Part shown: positions 54,748 to 64,000 of the stretch, one piece after another
Numbering within the stretch: the stretch's first letter is position 1
Layout: each line of letters opens with the position of its first letter
NCBI GenBank assembly: GCA_965238275.1
Contig: OZ250186.1
Coordinates: forward strand, 1,600,001-1,664,000
Reading direction: 5' to 3'
Source: Nitrosopumilus sp.
GTDB lineage: Archaea > Thermoproteota > Nitrososphaeria > Nitrososphaerales > Nitrosopumilaceae
DNA: 64,000 bases
Made by a program: the position numbers and the translations under genes
The notes under the pieces: model-generated
Told to the model about the DNA's origin: nothing
Seen by the model: the letters and a program-made list of their open reading frames with translations, nothing else
Databases searched by the model: none

Positions 54748-55605
54748 TTGAAAAGACTGACTGCCTCTGCCGTAAGACGGTTCGTTCCTGCGCGCAGCAG
54801 CACCTCGCGCAAGGGCCAGAACGGGACGGTCCTGATAGTGGGCGGGAGTCACACGTACCATGGGGCGCCAATCCTGGCATCACTTGCCTCGCTTAGAAGC
54901 GGCGCCGACCTGGTATACACTGCCGTCCCCAAAATCAACGTGGCGCCCACCCGGGCAACCTCCCCGGACCTGATAGTAATCCCGCTGGCCGATCAAAAGA
55001 TCACCCGCGGTGCCGTCAACAAGCTTGTCGGGGCCCTGCCCCTGGGCCTGGATTCAGCTGCAATCGGCATGGGCCTTGCGGTGCATGACCGGAACGCCCT
55101 CATCCACCTTGTAAAGTCTCTGCTGGACCGGGACGTCCGGCTGTCCTTGGATGCGGGAGCGCTGCTCCCCGAGGTTCTGCCTGCCCTGGCAGGACACAAT
55201 GTGGTGGTCACTCCCCATGCAGGCGAGTTTGGGAGGCTCTTTGGGCAGGCCGCACCCGAATCAGGGGACGGCAGGGTCATACTGGCAGAGGAGATGGCCA
55301 AAAGGCACGGCGTCACAGTGCTGCTAAAGGGACCCACCGATATCATATCTGACGGAACCACCACGTACCTCCACTCCAAAAGGACCCCGGCCATGACTGT
55401 CGGCGGAACAGGAGACGTCCTGTCCGGACTGGTTGCAGGAATCCTGGCACGAAACCGCAGCCCGCTTGAATCCGCATCGGCTGCCGTATTCATCAACGGG
55501 CTGGCAGGAGCCGACGTGCAGCAGAATCTCGGGCTCCACATGGCTGCAACTGATCTGCTGGATGCCATTCCGCGCGTAATGAGGCCGTTTGACAGGATGG
55601 GGTGA
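54748..55605 (+). CDS. nnrD: ADP-dependent NAD(P)H-hydrate dehydratase
   Basis: KGQNG...VGGS..YHGAP, TPHAGEF, MTVGGTGDVLSG; start uncertain. Confidence 0.9.
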   Translation: MKRLTASAVRRFVPARSSTSRKGQNGTVLIVGGSHTYHGAPILASLASLRSGADLVYTAVPKINVAPTRATSPDLIVIPLADQKITRGAVNKLVGALPLGLDSAAIGMGLAVHDRNALIHLVKSLLDRDVRLSLDAGALLPEVLPALAGHNVVVTPHAGEFGRLFGQAAPESGDGRVILAEEMAKRHGVTVLLKGPTDIISDGTTTYLHSKRTPAMTVGGTGDVLSGLVAGILARNRSPLESASAAVFINGLAGADVQQNLGLHMAATDLLDAIPRVMRPFDRMG

Positions 55606-56966
55606 TGGCCGGGATGGACGTATTCAGGCATGTGGATTCTGACATGGACGGGCTCATCTCGGACCTGCAGGCGCTGATAAGGCAGCCAAGCGTCTCTGCC
55701 ACAGGTGAGGGAATCCCAGAGTGCGCCGGACTGGTGCACAAGATGATGACATCTGCAGGCATTCCCTCTGAGGTACTGCGCCTGAAAGACGGGGTGGCGC
55801 CAATGGTGTTTGGCCATGTGGAGTCCAGACAGAACCCCGGCCGGACCCTGATGTTTTACAACCATTACGACGTGCAGCCTGCAGAGCCGCTTGACCTCTG
55901 GGACGATCCGCCGTTTGGCGGAACCCGGAGGGGCAACCAGATATTTGGCAGGGGGGCCACAGACGACAAGGGGGAGCTGATCACCCGAATCAAGGCAGTC
56001 GAGGCGTTTTTACAAGAGACCGGAGACGTCCCGTGCAACATCAAGTTTGTCGTCGAAGGCGAGGAGGAGACCGGAAGCGACCACATTGCCCAGTACCTGG
56101 AGAAATACCGGGACATGTTTGCATGCGATGGAGTGATCTGGGAGTTTGGATACGTTGACGTGCAGGACAGGGCCGTCATCGGCCTTGGAATGAAGGGCCT
56201 CCTGTTTGTGGAGCTGCATGCAAAAGAGTCCGTGCAGGATGCGCACTCCAGCCTGGCAGCGCTGATAAGGAATCCTGCATGGCACTTGGTCGAGGCCCTG
56301 GCAACGCTGCGCGACCCCGAGGGGCGAATCCTCATAGACGACTGGTACCTGGATGCGGTGCCGCTCTCTGCAGAGGAGCTGGATCTGATACGCGATGAGC
56401 CGTTTGACGAGGACGCGCTCAAAGACGAGTTCGGGGTGGACTCTTTTGTGGGGGGGATGAGCGGATTCGAGGCGAGAAAGGCCCTGGTGGGCGGCGCCAC
56501 ATGCAACATTGCAGGACTGGTCTCAGGATACACCGGGGATGGCGCAAAGACTGTCCTTCCGGGACACGCGACTGCAAAGATTGACTTTCGGCTGGTTCCC
56601 GGGATGGACCCGCAGAGGCAGGCCCGGCGGCTGAGACGCCACCTAAAGTCCAGGGGGTTTGGCGACATAGGGGTGAGGGTGTTTCACGGGGTGGCTGCTG
56701 CAAGAACCAGCCCGTCTGATCCGTTCGTAAGGGACGTGCAGGATGCAGCAGACTCTCTCTTTGCAGGCTCCATCATAAGCGTCTCAAATGCCGGAACCGG
56801 CCCCATGGACTCCTTTGCAGGAATCCTGGACGCCCCGTGCATCTCGATAGGAAGCACCTACGTCTTCTCCAGGATGCACTCCCCCAACGAGTTTGCCAGA
56901 ATCGATCTGCTGAACAAGACTACAAAATGCATCTGCACCATCATGCAGAATTTTGGCAGGAAATAA
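55602..56966 (+). CDS. M20-family metallopeptidase
   Basis: YNHYDVQP, GRGATDDKG, EGEEETGS, HSPNE. Confidence 0.9.
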   Translation: MMAGMDVFRHVDSDMDGLISDLQALIRQPSVSATGEGIPECAGLVHKMMTSAGIPSEVLRLKDGVAPMVFGHVESRQNPGRTLMFYNHYDVQPAEPLDLWDDPPFGGTRRGNQIFGRGATDDKGELITRIKAVEAFLQETGDVPCNIKFVVEGEEETGSDHIAQYLEKYRDMFACDGVIWEFGYVDVQDRAVIGLGMKGLLFVELHAKESVQDAHSSLAALIRNPAWHLVEALATLRDPEGRILIDDWYLDAVPLSAEELDLIRDEPFDEDALKDEFGVDSFVGGMSGFEARKALVGGATCNIAGLVSGYTGDGAKTVLPGHATAKIDFRLVPGMDPQRQARRLRRHLKSRGFGDIGVRVFHGVAAARTSPSDPFVRDVQDAADSLFAGSIISVSNAGTGPMDSFAGILDAPCISIGSTYVFSRMHSPNEFARIDLLNKTTKCICTIMQNFGRK

Positions 56967-56982
56967 CCGTGCAAAAAAAGAA

Positions 56983-57399
56983 CTAGTGGAGGATTCTTGG
57001 AATCTTCTTGACTGCATGCACCAGTGATATCCTTCCTGGTCCTGCAATCATGATCACAAGCGCTGCTGCCAGCAGAATCAGGTCAAGCTCGACTCCGCCG
57101 TCGCCTGTTATGCTCCCGGCCCCCTTTACGTGGAATATTGCCCCCAACATCACTATCGACAGCATCGCTGCTGAAAACCTGTTGAGCACGCCTATGATCA
57201 GCAGTATTCCTGGAATCGTCTCTGCCAGCGCTATCGGGATCTGCATCTCTGCCGGAATTCCAAGGCTTCCTAAAAAGCCTGCAAACCCAGGGTTGAACTT
57301 TCCAGTACCGTGCAGGATGAATATCACGCCTATGGCGGACCTCATGCCCATGAATACGGCATCGTTTAGGATCCATCCTTTAATCTCTGCTGTTGCCAT
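56983..57399 (-). CDS. DoxX-family membrane protein
   Basis: R..IG.IFILHG..KF, GPGRISL pattern, four hydrophobic segments. Confidence 0.85.
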   Translation of the reverse strand: MATAEIKGWILNDAVFMGMRSAIGVIFILHGTGKFNPGFAGFLGSLGIPAEMQIPIALAETIPGILLIIGVLNRFSAAMLSIVMLGAIFHVKGAGSITGDGGVELDLILLAAALVIMIAGPGRISLVHAVKKIPRILH

Positions 57400-57517
57400 G
57401 CCGCAAATTGCCCATTCTGGTATATTACCATGTCGTTTCCAACACCAGCCTGTTCCATTGTATCAATTCAGGTCCAATATAACCACGTGAGTCAGATTTA
57501 TCGATACAAGGCACTAC

Positions 57518-57625
57518 TTGACCATGTTCAGATTGCAGCGTGCCAGAAATCTAATCATGACCAGATCCATGGATCCAGATCCCGTTCAGATTGACCATGT
57601 TCAGATTGCAGCGTGCCAGAAATCT
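57518..57625. repeat. 35-bp perfect direct repeat x2 with 38-bp spacer inside the IS66 3' region
   Basis: ttgaccatgttcagattgcagcgtgccagaaatct at 57518-57552 and 57591-57625. Confidence 0.9.
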
Positions 57626-57731
57626 TCGCGCATGCAAGAAGCGGCATGCGATTTGTACCGGAAATTGTTCTTGGCGACCAGACGTGCGGCAACGACCCGT
57701 CCGCCAGAATGTTTTGGGCAGCCGCGGCGGA

Positions 57732-59495
57732 TCAGGCCGGGATCGCGGATCCCACCCGGCGTCCGGACACGGCTGCTGCCCCCGTCATGATGGGCGGTGG
57801 GATGCCAGAGGAGAAGATGTCCCAGCATGGATCCCGGGCCATCGCCAGCACCGCCTCGCGCGGGGATACCCCGTTCTTTCTGCACGTCGCCATGAACGTC
57901 TGGTGCGTCGAAAAGTTCCGCGCCGCAGCCTTGTTGGGGTGCGGCGCCCTGTGGCGGGAGGGTATGATGTACCTGCGTATCAGGAGTTCAGTCGAGTTGT
58001 TGTGAAGCGGCATTCCAGGGTAGCGCAGCCCGGTGAAGAGGTTGTCTAGGGCGTTTTCCAGCGTGGTGGTAAGGGAATCGCGCTGAAACGAGTCGATGAT
58101 CATGCGCACGCGGTCCGTCAGGGACGCTATGTGTTGGTTGATGGTCTCTGCCAGGCCGGGCACCTTGGATGTGACATCCAGGTTGCTGGCGCATCGGATC
58201 GGACCTCCGGCTGCGGCCGTGATCAGGATTGCGGCCTTTTTGGCATCCTTGTACACTTCCAGCAGCATCCTGTGCCTTACGTGCTGGGGCGAGCCGTGCC
58301 CGTGCTTGATGGCCAGGGATTCTGACTTGCGGGTCACGTGCACGAAGCACCTGCCAAGCGGCCCGTCGTGCCACTCGTACCCGCTGGTCCCGTCACGCAT
58401 GGCCGGGCGGTTGGCCATCCAATGGTGTTGCGCGCTGAGATCCGCGGCACTCTTGCCGCCAGTCACCTTGACGGTGGTGGTGCGGAGCGTGTTGGATACC
58501 AGCACCTGCGCGGCCTCCCCGGCCACCCTGCCGCCGGTCTCGTCGGTGGCCACGTACGGGTCCATCGACGCACTCTCCAGGATCGCCTCCATGACCGACA
58601 GGGGTACCGTCGGGTTCCTGTCGCAACTGCCGTCTGCGGCCGGAGCATCTGCGGCCGGAGCATCTGCGGTTCGTCCCTCCAGGTTCCTTGCCACGGCCGT
58701 GCGGCAGTGGGATATCGCCCCGGCCGAGAACTTGGCCCCGTGAAGTTCCTTCAGGAACATCCTGATGCTTCCCTGCCCGGTGTCGCCATCAAAATACGTC
58801 TCGATGGCGGCCCTCAGATTGGGTCCGAACGAGGTGCCCTCGATGGTATCTGTGTGTGGGATGGTCGTGGCACCACAGGCTGCACACTCGGCGAGCCAGA
58901 TGTAATACATGAGGCACTCAAATCCCGCGCCGTCTTCGCGCAGGTCGTAGATCCTCTTGCGGATGATCCTTGTTGTCTGCAGGTTTGTCCTGCCGCAGTT
59001 CTGGCAGGTCTCCGGTGCGAACGTGCGCGTGCCTGTCGGCATGTCGTCGCGGGAGGATCCCTGCGTCCCGGGCTGCTTGCCGGGGTTTTTGGCAGGAGGG
59101 GGCTCCCGGCCTTCGGCTTCTGCATCGCGCGCCTCCTCTTCCCTGCGGAACTCCCTGCGCGTCTTGAGCGCTGGCCCGTTCTCAGAAGGCCTGCCGTTCC
59201 AGCCATGGGCGATTTTTATGGTCTTGTTGAGGTACGCGATCTCGTCGTCTCGTATCTTGATCCGGGACTCCAGCCTGTCTATTTTCTCCAGCGCTGCGGC
59301 AAGTTCGTTCTTGTCCTTTCGGCGTGCTGCGGCAAGCTCTTCTTCCAACCTGCTTACGATCGTCCACACCCGGTACAATGCCCCGCGCAGCACCTTCTTC
59401 TCATCATATGCAGGCGGTGCCGGCATGGACACGATGCCGGATCCCGAACACGCCGGGCATTTTGCGTGGCTGCAAGATGCCATGCCTAGCAGCAT
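57732..59495 (-). CDS. IS66-like transposase
   Basis: Coiled coil, PGKQPG, CQNC/CAAC, TDETG, RDG, CFVHVTR, HNNSTELLIR. Confidence 0.85.
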   Translation of the reverse strand: MLLGMASCSHAKCPACSGSGIVSMPAPPAYDEKKVLRGALYRVWTIVSRLEEELAAARRKDKNELAAALEKIDRLESRIKIRDDEIAYLNKTIKIAHGWNGRPSENGPALKTRREFRREEEARDAEAEGREPPPAKNPGKQPGTQGSSRDDMPTGTRTFAPETCQNCGRTNLQTTRIIRKRIYDLREDGAGFECLMYYIWLAECAACGATTIPHTDTIEGTSFGPNLRAAIETYFDGDTGQGSIRMFLKELHGAKFSAGAISHCRTAVARNLEGRTADAPAADAPAADGSCDRNPTVPLSVMEAILESASMDPYVATDETGGRVAGEAAQVLVSNTLRTTTVKVTGGKSAADLSAQHHWMANRPAMRDGTSGYEWHDGPLGRCFVHVTRKSESLAIKHGHGSPQHVRHRMLLEVYKDAKKAAILITAAAGGPIRCASNLDVTSKVPGLAETINQHIASLTDRVRMIIDSFQRDSLTTTLENALDNLFTGLRYPGMPLHNNSTELLIRRYIIPSRHRAPHPNKAAARNFSTHQTFMATCRKNGVSPREAVLAMARDPCWDIFSSGIPPPIMTGAAAVSGRRVGSAIPA

Positions 59496-59598
59496 GCCTC
59501 CGTAATAAGGCGCCCATCAGTTCCCTTAAATTCCTCCTTGTTCAAGCGTGTTTGGTGTGTCGGTTTCTTCATTTGTGATGATCTGAAGGAACTGGCAC

Positions 59599-59883
59599 CC
59601 GTTCATACTTGGATCCTGATAGTCTGAATTTGTTGGCAAGATCGTGAAAATACTAAACATGTATCGAGACGGTACGACCAGAACCTCGGAATGATGCTGC
59701 CATGAGCATGATCAGGACTGCTTGGTTATATTGGACCTGAATTGATACGTGGCCGTTCATACTTGGATCCTGATAGTCTGAATTTGTTGGCAATTTATCA
59801 GTGAAAATACTAAACAACGAGACGGACCAGAACCTCGGAATGATCGCGTCCCGAAGCTATGATCAGGAATGCTTGGTTATATT
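59599..59883. repeat. duplication of the IS66 subterminal region; second copy indel-rich
   Basis: 59599-59732 vs 59753-59883; first 41 bp identical. Confidence 0.85.
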
Positions 59884-60126
59884 CCATTGTGCAAGAATCA
59901 TGCCGCCTTCAGGACTTCCAAATACGGAGATTGCAGCATCCGCCTGATGATGATGATGCATCGCGTGCACCTGTCTTTCAACTCTGGACCTGCCGTCCCC
60001 CTTGGCCCATGCATCCTGTGGCATGCGCCTGGCTGCGTCCAGGCTACGTGATTCTTGGACAACAACAACAACAGGCATCTGCCTTGTTTAGAAAACCCTT
60101 TATTATGCCGACGGATTTTCTCAATC

Positions 60127-60723
60127 ATGTCCATGTACATGCCAGGTGCCACCGCCGTTGGAATTACCTTTGACGGCGGCGTGGTGTTTGCAAGCGAAAA
60201 GCGCATCGCCTTTGGAAATTTTCTCGTAAGCAAGTCCACAAAAAAGACGTTCCCCCTCACACCCAAGGTCGGTGCAACCTGCGCCGGCCTCGTAGCCGAC
60301 ATGCAGATCCTGTCCCTGCAGATAGCTGCACTTGCAAAGATCAGAAAGATGGATCTGAGGCGTGATGTTCCGCCCAACACCGTGGCCAAGATGATGTCAA
60401 ACATGATGTACGAGCGAAGATACTTTCCGCTGCTCACGCAGGTGATAGTGGGCGGGATGGTAGACAAGCCGGTCATGTATACGCTGGATCCCCTGGGCTC
60501 TGTCCTTCCGGACCAGTACGCTGCGGTGGGGACCGGAGCCGAGATGGCACTGGGCGTCCTGGATCCGCAGTTCCGTCCGGGCATGACCCGCGACGAGGCA
60601 GTCGATCTTGCAAAGCGCGCGGTGCGCTCTGCGTCCCTGAGGGACTCTGCAAGCGGCGACGGCATAGACGTCATGGTAATCACCAGCGACGGACTCAAGG
60701 AATTCACCGAATCCATAAACTAG
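60127..60723 (+). CDS. psmB: proteasome subunit beta
   Basis: GATAVG, AGLVAD, DPLGS, GTG, RDSASG. Confidence 0.93.
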   Translation: MSMYMPGATAVGITFDGGVVFASEKRIAFGNFLVSKSTKKTFPLTPKVGATCAGLVADMQILSLQIAALAKIRKMDLRRDVPPNTVAKMMSNMMYERRYFPLLTQVIVGGMVDKPVMYTLDPLGSVLPDQYAAVGTGAEMALGVLDPQFRPGMTRDEAVDLAKRAVRSASLRDSASGDGIDVMVITSDGLKEFTESIN

Positions 60724-61184
60724 TCGTGGATGGTCTTGCCAGTCTCCCAGAACCTGTCTGAGATGTAGTGAAGATTCTCCAGAACCTCTCCCCTTTCCAT
60801 GGATTCTGCCTCCTCACTTGAAACCATGGCCCTTCCCACTGCCAAAAACTTGTGCCTAGACTCCTCTGCTATGCACACTATGGAGTCCTTTTCAAACTCG
60901 GTAAACGACGTGATTCCGGGCCTCATCAGGTTTGCCCCGTTGCACATGAACCTGACTGCCCCCATGTCCACCGTAACGCATGGAAACTTCTTCAGTACCT
61001 CAGTCTCTGAGAGAAACGGCAGGTAGCCCTTGTCAGTCTTGAGTATCTTTACGCCGCCTCCGGTAATCATCTGCGCATCGTCTGATATGCTGTGGACGGT
61101 CATGTTTCTGATCCTTGGAAACTCGACGCCCCACTGCTCGGATACGGCCTTGAGGATTACGGCCGTCTGGCTCTTTGAGATCAT
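60720..61184 (-). CDS. PUA-domain RNA-binding protein (Tma20/MCT-1-like)
   Basis: VDMGAVRFMCNGANLMRPGI...LHYISD. Confidence 0.88.
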   Translation of the reverse strand: MISKSQTAVILKAVSEQWGVEFPRIRNMTVHSISDDAQMITGGGVKILKTDKGYLPFLSETEVLKKFPCVTVDMGAVRFMCNGANLMRPGITSFTEFEKDSIVCIAEESRHKFLAVGRAMVSSEEAESMERGEVLENLHYISDRFWETGKTIHD

Positions 61185-61220
61185 GTTGGATTTTATGCCC
61201 TTGTCATCTCCTGCCCGATG

Positions 61221-62276
61221 CTAAACAGATCCCTCAATCCCATAACTAGATGGAATGGAGCGTGCAGCTGTTCTTGGCATCTCCTGCCTGATGTCCAGCA
61301 GATCCCTCAGTATGGAGCTGGCAGTCTCGATGCCGCCGGCACCCCTCCCTATGATGGTCTGGGTTCCGGAGTGCTCGGATGTAAACGATATCGCATTGAG
61401 CGTCCCGTTGACGCAGAGCGGATCCTTGTTTGGAATCTCCTTTGGCCCCACCGTCAGACTCTTGTTGCACGAGGCAATCAGTTTTACGGTGCGGCCCTGC
61501 GATGCCGCCTTTTTAATATCTGCTGACGTGACGTTTCGGATTCCGACCCTGGCAATGTCTGGCATCGTCACCTTCATGCCGGCTATCCAGTTGGCCAGGA
61601 TTACAAGCTTTGCTGCTGCATCCAGTCCGTCAAGATCCAGGGACTCGTCTGCCTCCACGTATCCCTTCTCCTTTGCATCCCGGAGCGCGTCCTCGAAGGA
61701 GAGCCCTGCTGTCATGTTTGAGAGGATGTAGTTTGTGGTGCCGTTGAGTATTCCTGCAAAGGACGTGATCCTCTCGCCCCTCAGGCTGTTCTTTGCGTAG
61801 TCCAGAATCGGCGTTCCGCCGCCCACCGTCCCGCTGAACTTGAACATGACCTGGTTGTACGCTGCAAGCTCCATGAGGGACGGAAACGCCAGCGCAAGCG
61901 GGCCCTTGTTGACAGATATAACGTGCATCCCCTTCTTCATGGCCGATGTTATGTGGGTCATTCCGGGCTCGGCATCGACGTAGTTGCTGGCAGTGGTCTC
62001 GATGAGCACGTCTGCCTCGACATTGTTTATCATCTTGATTCCGGACATGGAGTTTTTGGTGCGTGAGTAGTTTTTTACCGTCCCAAACCGCTTCTTTACC
62101 TCTGCCATCCTGTCAAACCTGAGCCCTGACGGATCCACTGCGCTGCCGCGGCTGTCAACGACTCCGACAACCCTTGGTTTCAGCCCGTACTTTGCATAGA
62201 GATCCTCCGATCTCGAATCAAAAAGCCTTACCAGGCTCTGTCCGACTACGCCAAACCCGCACATTATTATTCTCAA
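61221..62276 (-). CDS. hom: homoserine dehydrogenase
   Basis: GFGVVG, NKGPLA, GILNGTTNYIL, EADESLD...DAAAK, GRGAG. Confidence 0.94.
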   Translation of the reverse strand: MRIIMCGFGVVGQSLVRLFDSRSEDLYAKYGLKPRVVGVVDSRGSAVDPSGLRFDRMAEVKKRFGTVKNYSRTKNSMSGIKMINNVEADVLIETTASNYVDAEPGMTHITSAMKKGMHVISVNKGPLALAFPSLMELAAYNQVMFKFSGTVGGGTPILDYAKNSLRGERITSFAGILNGTTNYILSNMTAGLSFEDALRDAKEKGYVEADESLDLDGLDAAAKLVILANWIAGMKVTMPDIARVGIRNVTSADIKKAASQGRTVKLIASCNKSLTVGPKEIPNKDPLCVNGTLNAISFTSEHSGTQTIIGRGAGGIETASSILRDLLDIRQEMPRTAARSIPSSYGIEGSV

Positions 62277-62336
62277 TTATATCGCCTCTGTCTGTCACAG
62301 TACTCTCTTAATTTTCTTACCATTCCATGCGGTTCG

Positions 62337-62753
62337 CTACTGCTGCTGCTGCTGCTGCTGCCCTGCCTCGTCATGCTCAAGGGAGACGGAGTTTATGCAG
62401 TATCTCTGGTTTGTCGGCTTTGGCCCGTCGTCAAAGACGTGCCCCAGATGGGCCCCGCACCTGCCGCAGTTGACCTCCACTCTGAGCATCCCGTAAGACG
62501 TGTCTGAGATGTACTCTATGCTGTCCTCGTCCACGGGCTTCCAGAAGCTGGGCCACCCGGAACCCGAATCAAACTTTGCCTCCGACGAGAAGAGTCCTTC
62601 CCCGCAGCATACGCACCTGTAGGTTCCGTCAGGACTGCTGTATGCATACTTTCCCGAAAACGGCGGCTCCGTCCCATGATCCACGCACACCTCGTACTGC
62701 TCAGGCGTCAGCCGGCCTTTCAGCTCCTCTGGATTCTTTGCGTTCTTTGCCAC
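62337..62753 (-). CDS. msrB: peptide-methionine (R)-S-oxide reductase
   Basis: GTEPPF, KFDSGSGWPSF, HLGHVF.DGP, RYCINS; probable GTG start. Confidence 0.94.
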   Translation of the reverse strand: MAKNAKNPEELKGRLTPEQYEVCVDHGTEPPFSGKYAYSSPDGTYRCVCCGEGLFSSEAKFDSGSGWPSFWKPVDEDSIEYISDTSYGMLRVEVNCGRCGAHLGHVFDDGPKPTNQRYCINSVSLEHDEAGQQQQQQQ

Positions 62754-62889
62754 GGCATGGAAACGGTGCCTGGATGTTATTAGTTTGTTGATTGCACCGA
62801 CCGGAATCCCCAATACAGCGAGCCTCCGGCCCGGCAGCAGCGCAATCCGTGACGGATTCTGGCTGTGTGGTGCCACTGCCTGTCTGCTG

Positions 62890-64000
62890 CTACTGCCTGT
62901 CTGCTGCTACTGCCTCGGTCGTCCCTGGGGGGAGTTTTGCCGCAGTCCGCTTCTCGGACTCGAACCTCTCCAGGTCGTACTCCTTGAGGTCGGCAAACCT
63001 GATTATCCTGCTCAGGGTTGGATGGACCCGCTCTATGTGGCCGAATAACTCCTGTGCCATCTGCCTGTAGTCTGCATGCCCCTGCGGCACCGTCCTGAGT
63101 TCTATGAGGTGGCACGCCTCCCTCAGGTTGAGCCTCATCATGTATGGATAGTTGTAGGCAAAGTTCACAACATACTGGCCCTGCTCCGGATATCCCTTTC
63201 GTATCCTCCCAAAGGCGTCCTTGGTGGCATCCATGCACCCTGCAAAGTCCTTTTCGATGCCCAGCATGGCAATCTCCGGGGGCGTCGTGTAGCCGTGGTC
63301 AGTAGTCAGCAGCTGCCTCTGCATCGTGAGGGCCCGGTGCCTGTGAATGTCGCGGAACATCCCAAAGTTGTTGCACAAGTCAAACGTATAGTAGACCCCC
63401 TCAAAGGCCCTTGAAGGCTTCTGGCGCCTGTTTGAGCGAATCCGCGCCTGCCTGGCAATGATGCCTGCCTTTTTTTGCATTGGGATTGCTCGTACCTGCT
63501 CCAGCATCGCGCCGTATGACGTCCCCTGTGCATGCTCGTACAGCACGCTTGCCACAACCTTGTTTATGGCAGCCTCCTCTGGCTCGTACTCTGCCAGATT
63601 GGTTGCATAGCCTGTAGTAGTGCCTGCCGGTATGTTCTCACCTGTAAGAACCGCCTTTGACTCGTCGCTTACCCTCCTCAGGTACTCCTGAAGGGCCAGG
63701 CCGTATCTGTCGTCTGCCCTCTTCACAAACGAGCGTATCGTGGTGTCAAGCTCCGTCTTGATTCGGGATGCCAGATTCTGCTCCTCTTCCAGGTCAGAGG
63801 CGCCCAGGATGCTCAGCATATACTCGAACGCACGGCCGTTCCCGCATATTCCGACGTTTGTCAGCGTCGATGCGGGAAGCAGTCCCCTGAGTATGTCAAG
63901 TGCCTTAGCGCGCGTGGAGCCGCGGTATATCCTCTCTGAGGATTTTATGTCGTCGCTGCTGCTCAGTCCGGAGAACGGCTTGTCTGTTCCGTCAGTCGAG
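62890..64000 (-). CDS. thyX: FAD-dependent thymidylate synthase (long tandem-domain form), 5' partial
   Basis: [27 protein letters not shown]...GH..YR; frame open to window edge. Confidence 0.85.
   Translation of the reverse strand, partial: STDGTDKPFSGLSSSDDIKSSERIYRGSTRAKALDILRGLLPASTLTNVGICGNGRAFEYMLSILGASDLEEEQNLASRIKTELDTTIRSFVKRADDRYGLALQEYLRRVSDESKAVLTGENIPAGTTTGYATNLAEYEPEEAAINKVVASVLYEHAQGTSYGAMLEQVRAIPMQKKAGIIARQARIRSNRRQKPSRAFEGVYYTFDLCNNFGMFRDIHRHRALTMQRQLLTTDHGYTTPPEIAMLGIEKDFAGCMDATKDAFGRIRKGYPEQGQYVVNFAYNYPYMMRLNLREACHLIELRTVPQGHADYRQMAQELFGHIERVHPTLSRIIRFADLKEYDLERFESEKRTAAKLPPGTTEAVAADRQ

Larger units (their letters stand above)
57460..59748 (-). mobile_element. IS66-family single-ORF element
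   Basis: Perfect 26-bp TIR gtatcaattcaggtccaatataacca (57460-57485 / 59723-59748); TSD obscured by adjacent duplication. Confidence 0.85.

Overview
Chromosomal window of an ammonia-oxidising-type archaeon (Nitrosopumilaceae/Thaumarchaeota, judged from gene content: Alba, SMC, archaeal ProS/ArgS, CofE, Thi4, TrmI, proteasome beta, tandem ThyX, SlaA-like protein). Core genes are GC-rich and interleaved with a heavy load of mobile elements. Most have recognisable ends: two ISL2/IS5-type, ISH3, IS903-type IS5, two single-ORF IS66 and an IS6 remnant. An IS630, an IS3-like fragment, a degraded standalone TnpB and a pair of ~131-bp MITEs are also present. Host-interaction-type genes (secreted serpin, TPR proteins, collagen-like protein, S-layer/FN3 protein with a long PEPV repeat) suggest, but do not prove, a host-associated (e.g. 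sponge) lineage. Highlights: (1) a Doc/Fic toxin with a long unknown C-terminal domain that can be rebuilt from three pieces split by IS5 and IS66; (2) a translationally coupled PepSY-like/PaREP1(HEPN-related) two-gene module; (3) two repeat-spacer-repeat units of identical 73-bp period downstream of unrelated transposases; (4) MITEs bracketing cargo ORFs; (5) recurrent templated insertions of nearby sequence and many microsatellites, some of which may be assembly artefacts. I saw no rRNA, tRNA or true CRISPR array.
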